The notes beneath the pieces were generated by a model, which worked only from the letters and a program-made list of their open reading frames with translations, was not told where the DNA came from and made no database searches. A DNA stretch of 64,000 nucleotides, from positions 176,142,001 through 176,206,000 of the forward strand of contig NC_042998.1 of assembly GCF_006345805.1 (NCBI RefSeq). Direction: 5' to 3'. A program made the translations under genes and the position numbers. Source of the stretch: Octopus sinensis. Its lineage: Eukaryota. Below, in pieces: positions 40,375 through 54,859 of this stretch (position 1 is its first letter; each line of letters begins with the position of its first letter).

Positions 40375-42483
40375 TTCCTTTGTATAAGCTCAAATGTGTC
40401 TAATGGCAAGCAACGTAAAACAAGAGTTAAATCTGCGAGCTGGTTTCGATTTCAGATTTATTCTAATGAACTTCACTTTATCTCTTTCAATGCATTATTG
40501 ACGCCGTGACCATCTCATCCTTATGTATATACTTGACTACATTGCTCACTGTGTGTGTGATTTCAGTCAAAAGAATTTGGCTGCCACTTTTAGTATGTTA
40601 AGCTGCTACTTTTAGTATGTTGGCTAGAATAAGTGAAAGGAAGTGGTTTCAAGCATGAATTGAATCCGACTTAGAGATGTGTGACACGCCGGTATTTTTC
40701 ATTATATTCTATTTGCCATAAACTAAACAAATATCGATCCCTTAATCAAATACAAAGATAATTAAGTATATTATTGATACTTATTTTATCGACCCTGATA
40801 GGATTCAAGGTAATCATGTTAGAATTTAAAATCTAAAATTAGAAGACGGAACTTTGATAAAATAAATCATTTAGTCCGATGCTTGGTTGTTTACACTACC
40901 CTACTATTCTTAGAAAGTAAACGAGCTCTTATTGATTGTTTTATGGCAATTAGAGATCAATCTATTCTTGAAGTGATAATGATTGCTTTTTAAATCACAT
41001 TCAATGATTTAGTCTCTCAGCTGTTCAAATTGGATGGAAAGGAATTTTATCTAAATTAAACTAAATCATTCTTCCAACAATCTCTTAAGTCATTTTCGCG
41101 GTCGGCCTCTCAAGTATCTATTAAAACCTCTTCCTGGGCTATTTTACAGTTTCTTTTTCGACAAATTAATTTTAAGTTTTAAAATTCCGACATAAATGTA
41201 TTAAAAAACTGCACAAGAATGAACTCATTGTCATTTTATAATAATTCAGTCCTATTCATTGTAAATATATAAAAGCGTTTTAACACTTTGCTTACATTTT
41301 TTTTTTTGTGAAGGCTTCTTATTTTTCCATTTGTGAGTTAGATTTCCAAAAGACCTGCTCTGCACTTTAAATCTAAATATAATTATATAATCTATATACT
41401 CTAGAACTAATGAAATGTATTGAATATATGAATAAAATCTAAATAATCTAATTATATTAACAATGTAATAAACATACATACATATATACATGTGTGTGTG
41501 TGTGTTTGCGTGTGTGCATATACTGAAACTCTGGTGAAACTATGTCTCAGTGTCACACTGCCACTTACCTATAGCTGCAAAGTTCCTTATAGCGGAAACT
41601 TGTGTAAACACAAATAAACGTGATTACGTAACGCCTTTTCTCATATAATTCATTCATTCATATATATATATATAGTTTATATCCATTTAATAGAAGAAAA
41701 GAAAATGGAGATTATGAAGTTAATTGCTTATCATATATATATAATAAATGAAAATTTATTATAAGCCTAAGTTTATATCATAACACCTGCGATTATTGCC
41801 GGAGAGCACACGCTGAAACACACATTGAAAGAAAATGCTAACTGAAGCAAACATTTGAGTACCTAACATCTTGCATACAATAAAAATGTAGGCATTGTCA
41901 GGTTGAAAATGTTATGACTCGAGGAACAATCATTCGGCTTTCTCAGCAACTCTTTAAAAAAAATGCTATGTGTGTGTCATACAGAGAGATATATTTGTCT
42001 TCATTCATTTAACACAAAATATAGCTTTCAGGATTGTGTTGGGCATAAAAGACGCAGCGGAGAAGACTAAGAAGATTCAGTTAATGATTCTTTCGACTCA
42101 ATTTAACGTTCGGATACATTTAATAAAATTGTCATTAAATAAAATGGAATCCATGATATTGTCATTAATATTATTCACCTTCCAATATTCTTAGTTGGGG
42201 AACTTCATCCTAAAATTGTCTGCACTACACGATATTTCATCAATTTCCAATACCCGCCTCTCCGTCTTACCTGTCTTTCCTATATTTAACAGTATACACT
42301 CGGCACACTCAATCCTATTACAACTAGTACTTGGATGAACCTTGCTATATATTTTAAGAAAATTTATTTTGTATTTACTTCTGATAAATTTTTATTTAAC
42401 TTTCGCTTAAGTCTCTGTCCAAAACTGCTATATACTTCGATAATTGTTTTGACATTCTGTTCTCAATTTAATCAAAAGAATCA

Positions 42484-42532
<49 letters not shown>

Positions 42533-42557
42533 GCATGTGTGCCTCTGTGTATGTGCG

Positions 42558-42588
<31 letters not shown>

Positions 42589-43112
42589 ATAAATGTTACG
42601 TATGTATATGCGTGTGTATGAATGTACGTATATGTAAATATACATGCATGAGTGTGCATGTGTCTGTGTGCGTATGGATGAATGTTTTCTTTTAATTTTA
42701 ATGCATTTCTTCATCTGAATTGCAATACCACGACCATCACCATCTCCTCCATCACTAACAACCAAAATCACTATCATCTCGAGCATCATCTTATATATGT
42801 AGCGATCATTAAAACCATTCTAACTTCTCCTACCAGCACAAACGCCACTAACAACACTTACAACACCTATGAACATGGAGGTCTCTATAGAAAAAGGATT
42901 CGTCAATGTAGTTCGATCGACATGCTAGTAATAGCAGCCAAATTTCTGCGTCAGTGGAGAATGCCGTTCTTGATGTACTAAAAAGAAAAAAAGCAAGACA
43001 TTTGCTGAGAGTGTATCAACATCCACTCACAAAATAATTAGCGAAAGTGTTACAGTCTACCAAGTCGCGCATGCTTGCGAGTGACTATGGTATACACACA
43101 AACACACACACG

Positions 43113-43200
<88 letters not shown>

Positions 43201-43434
43201 CGCTCAAACTGATGTTCTTGTATATGCTAGTCACAATGCTTTTCTAGTCGTCACTTAATTGTGCTTTTCTCTTTCATTTGGGCCAGAATATTTTGACTGT
43301 CATTTTCCCACCATCTCAGAAATTCCAATGCAAAGGTTGGAAGAGGGCTACAGAGCGAGAAATATGTAGGAATATTTGGATTGGGAGAGAAAAATAAAAT
43401 GGGAGAACGTTTAATCAGCATGGCAGAAGTGAAA

Positions 43435-43563
43435 CTGTTGCTTATTTTATCGATCTCAGAAAGGTGAAGTTGACCTCGACTGAATTTGAACTCAGAACGT
43501 AAAAAGTAGGAAGAAATTAGACCAGCTGGTCCGACGCACGAACGATTCCGTTATTTCGCCGCA
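43435..43563 (-). mobile_element. SINE family A, partial
   Basis: TTTTATCGATCTCAGAAAGG..GACCTCGACTGAATTTGAACTCAGAACG..AACGATTCCG..CGCC. Confidence 0.65.
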
Positions 43564-43593
43564 ATAATAATAATAATGATGATGATGATGATG

Positions 43594-44130
43594 TTGCAGT
43601 ACCAGGCAGTGGCTCTTATGGCTTCTTATCTTAACTGATTGGAAGTGTTATCATGTACATTGTTTTGTCTTGGTGTAAAAGATGGGCTACAGCAAATATT
43701 CTGCTTAATACCACAGACTTGCTTGTCAGTTGTTTGACCTTAACCAGTTGACCATGTCCCTTAGTGGCTGACGATATGTGCATCTCTGATCACGAGCAAA
43801 AGTGGTGGGGAGCATCATAGCCATGTGTTGAGAGGGATTCTTTGGGGTTTGAATAATTCACCTCTGTAAACATTGGTGTTCCATTCAACATTCTTAAACA
43901 ACCATTATTCAGGGACCTTTTGAGCGGGATGGGTTATTCGACCAGAAGAAAATTCTAACTGGGCCCCACCTATAAGGTCATGTGCCGTTTGTCTTGATAT
44001 GAGATCACCATGTCGCGCACACATGGTTGTGATGCATGTGCCTGGTGTACCCTTATCAGACGGGTAGTCATGATGGGTATACTGGGCTTCGTATATTTTA
44101 CCCCAGTGTCATTTTGATGGCATGCACTGC
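43594..44130 (+). mobile_element. Non-coding interspersed repeat, probably the 3' UTR of a TAA-associated LINE
   Basis: Complex ~540-bp block bounded by (TAA)(TGA)n on the left and (AAT)n on the right, directly upstream of the R4/Dong fragment. Recognised as a common octopus repeat from memory only. Confidence 0.45.
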
Positions 44131-44229
44131 TCTCTCACTCAATAATGATAATAATAATAATAACAATAATAATAATAATAATAATAATTATAATTATTAT
44201 TATTATTATTATTATTTCTTTTATTTGCT

Positions 44230-45140
44230 ACCAGGTCGAAGGAAGAAATAGCAACAGGATACCTAGTGAAATTGTGACACACCCAAAAGAATTTAAGAAA
44301 CAAAGTGGGCAACAAAGATTGAACAACTAGAAAGTGAAAGCATTGCATGGGCAAAACCTCAAAGACATGACCGACACCTGGAGTCGGCTAAGTAAAAGTG
44401 ATCTAAAAGGTTGTATTGAGGTATTGATATGTATCGCTCTGGAACAAGCTCTGAGGACTAATTACATCAAGTTTCAAATAAATGAGTGTTGTAAATCGCC
44501 TTGTTGTAGGGTGTGTGGAATCAAAAATGAAACAGTCTCACATATTCTAAGTCAGTGTAGCAAAATGGCTCAGAAGGAATACAAAAGGATCCACAATATC
44601 ATTGCTAGGTACGTTCATTGGAAATCGTGTGAGAAGTACGGTTTTGGGTGGATATTGAAATGGTACAATCGTAAACCAAGGAATCACCGAGAATAATAGG
44701 ATTTTACAATTCAGTGTGCCTCAGTGATTGATGTTGTAGTTCATAAAATGATGAAGAAAACCAAAATCATAGATATTGCCATACCTGGGGATGTATGACT
44801 GGAAGATAAAGAACTGGAAGAGATCGAGAGGTACAAGTCACTAAGAAATGAGATTGCACGAATGTGGGGAATGAAGAAAGTAACTGCCATCCCAGTAGTT
44901 GTAGGGGTGTTGAGAGCATTAACAACCATGTTCGAGAAACCTTTTGGAGAAATTGCAGTTGACATGAGGGTAGAACATGCTCAGATATCAGCTTTTTGGA
45001 GACAGCGAGAATTTTGAGATTGGAACTTGAATGTTAACTATCGTAGAAAAAGACCCTGTGAGACCATTGACAATAGGTTGTTGTCCGCTCTTGCAGCTTT
45101 TGTTGGAGCAAGAGAAATCGATAGTTCTGAGAAGTGAAAT
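44230..45140 (+). mobile_element. R4/Dong-like non-LTR retrotransposon, 5'-truncated and decayed
   Basis: LHGQ...EQALRTNYIK...CRVCGIKNETVSHILSQC (CCHC-type finger)...EYKRIHNIIARYVHW...KIIDIAIPGD...EIERYKSLRNEIARMW...IPVVVGVL. Contains stops and frameshifts. Preceded by (TAA)n/(TAT)n. Confidence 0.85.
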
Positions 45141-45499
45141 GACAATAATGATAATATTTCTCCAGTTAACTATATTAGAAAGATAAATTCGGAAGGCTAT
45201 CACCCAAACTATGTAGCAGGAAATCCACCGTGCAGTCGTTCCATCCACTAAAAATAGTAAGGAACTCTTCCCGAAATCACAAAATAACGAAAGGAAGGAA
45301 ACATTGTGTAATGTGGAGCAAAACGTGCTTTGTCTGACACAATGATGAGGTGGTCTCGGTTGAAACAACATTGATAACATGACAGCCTAATCAGTACTGA
45401 CCTAATTCGTATGAAACAATATAAACCTATAGTTTACTTCCTATTCCTGTTTCTACTTTCAACGACTTATCTATGTCGTCTAAAACGGAAGACCCGACA

Positions 45500-45563
45500 T
45501 TTTAATCGATATATATGTATATATATATGTATGTATATATTATGTATGTATATATGTATATTG

Positions 45564-45631
<68 letters not shown>

Positions 45632-45671
45632 GATATATATATATATACGATATATATATATATATATATAT

Positions 45672-45706
<35 letters not shown>

Positions 45707-45729
45707 GATATATATATATATATATACGA

Positions 45730-45761
<32 letters not shown>

Positions 45762-46093
45762 ATATATATATATATAATATACGATATATATATATATATA
45801 TATTTATATATTATGTATAATATATATATATTATCTATATATATATATATGTATATATTAGATGTATATATTATATATATGTAATGTATGTATATATTAT
45901 GTATATATTGTATGTATATATATATATATATGTATATATTTATGTATATATGTATATGTATGTATGTATATATTTATGATATGTATGTATGTATATATTT
46001 ATGTATATATATGTATGTATATATATGTATATATTTATGTATATATATGTATGTATATATATATATATATATATTTATGTATATATGTATATG

Positions 46094-46141
<48 letters not shown>

Positions 46142-46363
46142 GTATTGTTGCAGAAACTAATGTTTACTCATGTATTTGCTGCAATTATGTATAATTTAAA
46201 ATATGTTGTTCAATTAACTAAATGAATGTATTCCTTTAAAAATATCTATTATTCATTGTCGTTCTTGTTTATATTGTTATTTATGTGTACACATTCATAC
46301 ATTCATGCATATATATATGTGTGTATGTATGCGTATGTGCGTATGTGTGTGTATGTGTGTGTG

Positions 46364-46404
<41 letters not shown>

Positions 46405-47042
46405 TTATTAGAGAGTCTTGGAATTCTGCAATTCTTCCAGATACAAATGGATAGGTATTATATGTCTAGTTTATGGCGATGTGGAGAGAATACGCGTTGT
46501 TACTGTAGTGATTGGTAATTGTACTCCAATGCCAACGGAAAGTATGTGCGGAGGTGGTGGGAGTGATAGATGGCAGTAGAGGTGTTATGAAGAATGAGGA
46601 GGATAAGAGGAAAGTGTATTAGGATTGGGAGTGCAAAACAGAGAACGAATATTAAAGTGTTTGTGAGATACAGATATAATAGAGAGAAAAAGTGGGGTAC
46701 AACGACATCAGGATGAAGTATGTAACGGAAAATGAAGTAGAGGCAATGTGGCTTGGGTGTGGCGGGAAATAAATAATTGAAATATCAGAGGGTGATATTC
46801 CAACAATACAGCATAAGAATATGTAACAACGACAATGTATGTACATCACAGCATATATATATATATACAAATATGTACATACACTTGTGAGTGTATGTAT
46901 GAATGTGTGTATGTTTGTATGTATGTATATTTATATATATATATATATATATATATCTATATATATATATATATTATGTATGTATTTATATATGTATATA
47001 TATAGATATATATATATAATATATTATATATGTATGTATGTA

Positions 47043-47090
<48 letters not shown>

Positions 47091-47091
47091 A

Positions 47092-47140
<49 letters not shown>

Positions 47141-47156
47141 ATATATATATGTATAA

Positions 47157-47190
<34 letters not shown>

Positions 47191-47235
47191 TATATATATG
47201 TATGTATATATATGTAGTATGTATATATATCTATA

Positions 47236-47275
<40 letters not shown>

Positions 47276-47437
47276 GTATATAAGTATATATATATATATA
47301 TGTATATATATATGATATATATATATATATATGTAGATATATATGTATGTATATATGTATATATATATATATGTATATATAGGTATATATATATATATGT
47401 ATATATATATATGTAATATATATATGTATATATATTG

Positions 47438-47472
<35 letters not shown>

Positions 47473-47911
47473 GTATATATATGTGTATATATGTATTATT
47501 ATATATATGTATATATATATATGTGTATACATATACGTATATAGTATATATATATATATTATATATCTATATATATATATGTGTATATATATATATATGT
47601 ATATATATATTATATATACACCCACGCATACATACATCCATACATACAAACATCCATATGTATATAAAATAAGTAGATAGATAAATAGACAGACATAGAG
47701 ACATAGAGACACAAGCTAGCTAGCTTGATACCATGTTAGATAAACAGGCAGACAGACAAACAGCGAAAGATTGGTCTGAGAGTTTGATAGGCAAATACCG
47801 AGAGTTTGTTGGGCAAATGCAGGTGAGGAGACAGAATGACAGATAGATGGTTTGATACTTTTTTCTTAGTTTGACAGATAGACAGGTAGAAAGACAGATG
47901 AATGGCAGGTT

Positions 47912-48008
<97 letters not shown>

Positions 48009-48511
48009 AATGGAAGTGTTTTAGTGAAAACCAAATATCATTGAGGCTTAAATCTAGCGTGAAACTTCACTCCACTAAAGCTGATCAGTAAAATACTGAA
48101 AGGAGTAGAGAAAAGAAAAAGATTCTTGAATACAGGAACCACTGTATATTCTTCACAACTTGTCCATTAGTAAATAATGGAGCCACATTTTTGTTTGTTT
48201 GTTTTCTTTTTTGTTTGTTAGGGTTTTTGTTTTTTGTCAAAATATTTCAGATTCCACCCGATTTTATCCTTGAAATCCATTACGGGAAGTAAAACAGCTT
48301 TAGCGACATCTCTCTTTCTCACTCTCTCTCTCTCTTACTTTCTCTTTCACTCACTTTCACTCTCACTCTCTCACTCTCTTTTTTCTCTCTGTGGCACACA
48401 TACACACACAAATATATATGTGCATATATATATATAAATATATATGTACATATACATTTATACACATAGACTTACAAATATACAGAGTTGCAGATATTCA
48501 TATATATGAGT

Positions 48512-48543
<32 letters not shown>

Positions 48544-48655
48544 TATATGTGTGTGTGTGTGTGTGTGTATGTATGTGCGTGTGTGTGTGTGTGTGTGTAT
48601 TATATGTGCGTGTGTGTTGTTTATATATATGTATATATATATTTGTGTGTGTGTA

Positions 48656-48688
<33 letters not shown>

Positions 48689-48699
48689 GTATATATATA

Positions 48700-48766
<67 letters not shown>

Positions 48767-48767
48767 C

Positions 48768-48823
<56 letters not shown>

Positions 48824-48829
48824 TATATA

Positions 48830-48867
<38 letters not shown>

Positions 48868-48980
48868 ATATATATATTATATATATAATATATTATATAT
48901 ATATGTATATATATATATATGTATGTATATATATATATATGTATGTATATGTATATATATGTATATATATATATGCATAG
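45500..48980. repeat. Very large (TA)n-dominated microsatellite fields (45500-46140, 46900-47640, 48400-48980), plus (GATA)n at 47913-48005
   Basis: Direct reading; source of the long I/Y-rich pseudo-ORFs. Confidence 0.95.
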
Positions 48981-49486
48981 AATACATTGAAAATAAATCG
49001 AAGCATACATACCAAAATAATGCATGTAGATACCCTTCTGGTTATTTTTGTTCTTTCTTTTTGTTTTTTTTTTACACTGGACTTAATTATGTTTCTGTAA
49101 GATAAACGTATTCAGTACAAAAACAAAAACAAAAACAAAACTAAAAACATACCAAAAATCAGAAAGAAACACGTGTATTCAACATAGTCAGCAAGATACT
49201 GAAGAATTATTTGCTCGCAGTAGAATCATTAAATTCACGTGGCTGACATAAAATAAATCACGAGATATTGTATAGAAATTCGAAGTTAAAAAAAAACAAA
49301 AAACTTTCGATCGTAAACGATTTACGGGTAGAATTATCTCCATTAAAGTGCTGTTCAACATAGTAGGATATAAGATTCAAATCAGGGAATTAAAGGTATA
49401 GCTGCAAAAATATTCGTCAACTACATCAAGAATGTATTCGTTTTCAGGTTAAGTCTACGGAAATAACTCAATGCGCCTGAAACGAG

Positions 49487-49543
<57 letters not shown>

Positions 49544-49647
49544 TGTACACACATGCAATGTAAACGAAGTGTACTGAAAATAGATCATGGCATACATATC
49601 AAAATATGATATATATGTATGAATGTATATATATATTATATATATAT

Positions 49648-49680
<33 letters not shown>

Positions 49681-49691
49681 GTACACACACA

Positions 49692-49736
<45 letters not shown>

Positions 49737-50273
49737 ACACACACACACACCACACACCACACACACACACACATATATATATATATAATATTTTTTTTAA
49801 ATCCTGGATGCAATTATGTTTCTGTGAGTTAACTGCATGTTTCCGTTTACATCCTTCCTGCATTCTATGTTTACATACGCATATGCTTTTACTTGTGTAT
49901 ATACGTATATATGCTTTTATATGTGTATTTGTGTGTGTATATATATTCATGGATTCGAAAAAATAATGGTAGCACCACTTTTTATTTACCTACTCTTTCT
50001 ATTGGCAATACGCCAAATTCAAAATTGTTCTAGTTTACATATGTATTCATAAGCGTTGTATGCATACCTTGACACTTCATGATATAGCTCCCTTTATTCA
50101 TTTATTAATTATGTTTTTTTGCAAATAATTGTATTTAGATAAATTAAAATGCGTGACCAATCTGATCTCCAAAGAGGACAAATCATTGGAGCACTGAAGG
50201 CTTGAGCATGTCTAGATATGCAACTATATGCATGAGAATACATACCTAAAACAAAACGTGCAAATCTGCACAT

Positions 50274-50304
<31 letters not shown>

Positions 50305-50869
50305 CATACATACAAAAATACCCTGTTGTTGATGTTGAAATTCTAATGAAGGAGCATGGGATCTAGGTTAGAACCGCCTCCTACACTATTGGCAAGAAAT
50401 CTTTAAATAAAACTGTACAATGACATACATACAAACACACACATACATACATACATATTTGTATGCGTGTTTTGTGAGAAAGTGTGTGTAGATCTGGACC
50501 AGCTCCTCCCTCAAACACGTATTAAAGATTTCACCTTGTCCTAGCTTAATCGTTTATATTAAAGATTTTTTTCATACTTCCTTTTTAGTATTAAATACAT
50601 TAACTCATCAACGTTTCGAAGCTATCGCAGATCCATCTTCATAATGAAATAAAGTTAGGAATAAATAATAACATATGCACTAAAGGCGTTTAAAAATGCC
50701 TTTACATGCACACAGTAAGTGGATGTTCAAATGAATATAAAACTATCCTTAGCCAAATCCCTTCCCAGACAAGCATTTAAGTATTCGTCAACCATGGAAC
50801 TAAAAACAAACATTTGCTAACAACAGCTCGTGCTTTAGATTAGTAGATACACCGTAGAACACTATTAAT

Positions 50870-51425
50870 TAAAGCAATTTACTTACACGGATAGAATAGT
50901 CCCAGCATCTAACAAAAATACCCATACTATACATTCAGTTACTGCAGGAACTAAATGCACCTAGGTTACAAAATAGAAGAATACATAATTTAAAAAAATC
51001 TCATAAAACGGTGCGCAACATGTATCACATCTGACCACAAACAGAATATATTACAAAAACACCAGAACGATGAACATCCTCATTAACACAAAACCTCAAA
51101 CCGGCAGACCATAGAACAAACTTCAAACTCTCAATGTACTTTCCAAACTTCAATACAAACATAAAACTCGTAAACTTTATGAATCAAGCTGTCTCATTGG
51201 TCATGCAAGTACAACACCCTACCGCCGTGTGATCATTCATTTGTAACAAGGAACCATTGCAACATATCACAACACACTTTATGCAGTAAGAATCGATAGA
51301 AAACAATTGCTGACAACTGTAAAATTCTATATAGAATTCCACAAAAACAATACGAAAAGTGTATCTGTAGAGCATTTACAAATATAAAAATATAAATAAA
51401 AGATCAACACCAAATTCAACATACA
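50870..51425 (+). mobile_element. Penelope-like element remnant (linker + GIY-YIG endonuclease)
   Basis: YKIEEYII..IYYKNTRTMNILIN..QTSN..; CLIGHASTTPYRRVIIHL*QGTI (cf. YIGxTTTTLxRRLTxH); TIADNCKILY; VEHLQI*KYK*KINTKF (cf. LEALxIK..PxIN). Many stops. Confidence 0.7.
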
Positions 51426-51467
51426 GAAACAATACAACATTAACTACGATAAACACGAGCATTGTCA

Positions 51468-51534
<67 letters not shown>

Positions 51535-51535
<1 letters not shown>

Positions 51536-52130
51536 AGCTTCTTCAAGTATCACTTGAAAAGGAAAGTGAGAGTAGAGAGGCAAGTTTTGTCTAGCGAATG
51601 TTTAAAAAAAAGATGGGTGAATGTAGCGAGGATGGCACGTATGAATGACGAAGCCACCTTGTGCATAATCCGATGAACCAGGAAAAATTTGAAACAGAGA
51701 GTTACTTACTTGCAATTAAATGTGTTAACATGTGACATCATTGACCGAGGTTACCGTGGTCTTTTCCGTAGGCTTTTCTTTCCATGGATAAACCTTATCT
51801 GTTTCCCCCTTTACACTGTACATCATGACATTTCTGTGACACGCGATCCCTATTGATCTTCTTTTTTACGATCAATTTTGATCGAAAACTTACCTCACTT
51901 CTTTTTTCTTTCTTTTTTTTTTCTCCCCCAAAAGAAAAGCTCTACTTTGTAATTTTTTTCTCTCTGTGTTCAGCCCTATGTGGCTAATAAAGAAACATAT
52001 CTATCTATCTTTTTTTTTACGATCCCTTTTGATCGAAATCCTACCCCCTTTTTTTTCCTCCCCAAAAAGAAAAGCTCTGCTTTGTAATTTGTACCCTCTG
52101 TGTTCAACCCTGTGTGGCTAATAAAGAAAC
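51535..52130 (+). mobile_element. L1/Tx1-like LINE 3' end (ORF2 C-terminus + 3' UTR, last ~120 bp duplicated)
   Basis: FFKYHLKRKVRVERQVLSSECLKKRWVNVARMARMNDEATLCIIR* followed by a UTR ending GTGGCTAATAAAGAAAC. Flanked on both sides by (ATCT)n. Confidence 0.7.
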
Positions 52131-52131
52131 A

Positions 52132-52206
<75 letters not shown>

Positions 52207-52218
52207 TTGCATGATACT

Positions 52219-52459
52219 ATTGCCCAAGCTTCCCGTGGTCTTTTCTGTAGGCTTTTCTATCCACGGACAAACCTAATCTGTTTTCCATTTTTACATTGTC
52301 GTTTCTGTGATACACGATCCCTATTATTCGGCCCCACTTCTTTTTTCACGATCCCTTTTGATCGGAATTCGACCCTTTTTTTTTCCTTTTCTTCCCAAAA
52401 AGAAGAGCTCTACTTTGTATTTTTGTCCCTTCTGTGTTCAGCCATGCGTGGCCAATAAA
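52219..52459 (+). mobile_element. L1/Tx1-like LINE 3' UTR fragment (same family)
   Basis: CCGTGGTCTTTTC..TAGGCTTTTC..GATACACGATCCCTATT..GTGGCCAATAAA, homologous to 51750-51996. Followed by (ATCT)n. Confidence 0.7.
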
Positions 52460-52477
52460 TCTATCTATCTATCTATG

Positions 52478-52547
<70 letters not shown>

Positions 52548-52789
52548 CATATGAATACATAAGTGCATACGCACACACATGTGTGTTTGTGTGACTCCAA
52601 TTTTAAACTCTACATAAGATGTTCTATAAAACATAAATTTTGAAAATTAAGAAATCGGTCTTCCCATATCTTTACATGAAAATATTTTCTTCTGCACTGT
52701 TAACAGATCGATGCAGTTAGTATTAAATGTGGAATGAAAAGAGCATCGGTGAAGAGCAACATACTTACATCCATCAATATGTAGGTTAG

Positions 52790-52990
52790 CTAAGCGGCGA
52801 GCTGACAGAATCGTTAGCAAACCGGACAAAATGCTTAGCAGCATTTCGTTCGTCTTTACGTTCCGAGTTCAAATTCCGCCGGGAGCCACTATGTATTTCA
52901 ACCTCGATAAAATAAGAACACTGGAGGTCAATGTAATTGAATTTCCTCCTCCCCCTAGCTTGCTAGCTGTGTGCCAAAATTTGAAACAAA
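52790..52990 (+). mobile_element. SINE family A (diverged)
   Basis: GCGGCGAGCTGACAGAATCGTTAGCA...GAGTTCAAATTCCGCC. Confidence 0.8.
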
Positions 52991-53304
52991 TACGTAGGTT
53001 AACTGAGATATATTCTGGATATTTGGTTATGTAAGGTTATTGACCACCTGTAAGTCTCCTTTTGCCAGTTAGTCTCTTACTATAACTGAAGTCACATCCT
53101 CGCAATCTATTACATTCTTCCTTTCGCTTTTTCTCTCCTTTCTTCTGTCTTTCATGTACCTTTAGGAAGACATCTGTTTTAGGCTAGGCCCCCACTCATA
53201 GTGCCGGACATTCATGCAATAACTGACACTCTATCCTAGGGACACTGTCTGCTTTGTTTGAAGAATACAATCATAAAAGCTGTGAGGTGGTAGAAACGAT
53301 AGTG

Positions 53305-53905
53305 TTGGCGAGCTGGCAGATACGTTAGCACGCCGGGCGACATACTTAGCGGTATTTCGTCTGCCGTTGCGTTCTGAGTTCAAATTCCGCCGAGATCGGC
53401 TTTGCCTTTCATCCTTTCGGGGTCGATTAAATAAGTACCAGTTACGCACTGGGGTCGATATAATCGACTTAATCCGTTTGTCTGTCCCTGTTTGTCCTCT
53501 CTCTGTTTAGCCCCTTGTAGGTAGTAAAGAAATAGCTATTTCGTTTGCCGCTACGTTCTGAGTTCAAATTCCACCGAGGTCGATTTTGCCTTTCATCCTT
53601 TCAGGTCGATAAATTAAGTACCAGTTACGCACTGGGGTCGATATAATCGACTTAATCCGTTTGTCTGTCCCTGTTTGTCCTCTCTCTGTTTAGCCCCTTG
53701 TAGGTAGTAAAGAAATAGCTATTTCGTTTGCCGCTACGTTCTGAGTTCAAATTCCACCGAGGTCGATTTTGCCTTTCATCCTTTCAGGTCGATAAATTAA
53801 GTACCAGTTACGCACTGGGGTCGATGTAATCGACTTAATCCTTTTGTCTCTCCTTGTTTGTCTCCTCTACGCTTAGCTCCTTGTGGGCAATAAAGAAATA
53901 AGAAA
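53305..53905 (+). mobile_element. SINE family A trimer: one head + three bodies (~179-bp period)
   Basis: Head at 53308. The body TTTCGT.TGCCG.T.CGTTCTGAGTTCAAATTCC...GCCCCTTGTAGGTAGTAAAGAAATAG repeats at about 53355, 53538 and 53717. Confidence 0.9.
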
Positions 53906-54859
53906 CAATAGTGTTGGAATAAATATCTTGAGATACATATCGCTATGACGTGCCAGGAGTTCGAGTCCCGTCCTCACTGACTTTGACCAGAAGTTATAAA
54001 ACGACTGTCGCTCACACACTGGGGTGAATCAAATTTATAATAGACCTTTTTCAAACGTGAGTGATCGCTATTTCTTTAAGACGTCTTTAAAAAGAAGACA
54101 CTGGATAAAGGTGTGAGAAATTTGGGGACGAAGATTTTGGCATCATTAATTCGACTTAGACTTATGTAGCATCAGATGTTTTAATGTCTCTCTCGTTCTC
54201 CTCCTCTCTCTCTTTCTCTCTCTGATTATGTGTGTGAACATCTACTTGTGTTTGTATTTATGTGTAATGTCTCTTCCCTTCCTCTCTCTTTCTCTCTCTC
54301 AATTTATCTATACGTGCGTGTTTCTGACCGCGCGCGCACGGCACATATGTGTATTTAACTCAAGTGCCAAAAAGTACTGTCGCTAAACCAGATTGACTGT
54401 CCAGTCGCCGAGCCAAGCAGCGATGCCCAAATGTCAGTTTCCGAGTGAGTAATGTAGTCCAAGATACACTACGCCTGAAAAAAAAAAGAAATAAAACGCA
54501 ATGGATATGTCTGGAATTCCTTTGGTCATAGAATTGTTCGAACAGTGTTGACCTGGACTAAACAACCCCGGAAACAAGATTTTCAATATTCATGTATTCA
54601 TTAGATATTGTTACACATCTAGCTGATTATGTATATATGGATATACACATATACATAACTTATATTAACCTCAGTGCCTTAGTTAAATGTGTTGAAATGA
54701 AAAGACTGGGTTATTGATAGTGTCATCCATCACTTAGAGTTCTGATATCTGCGAGGCTGATGTACATTTAACCGCTTCTCACTGTCTATATATACACTGA
54801 ACTTTCACTTTCATATGCATGCATGCACACATTATTACATAGATAGATACATTTAGATA

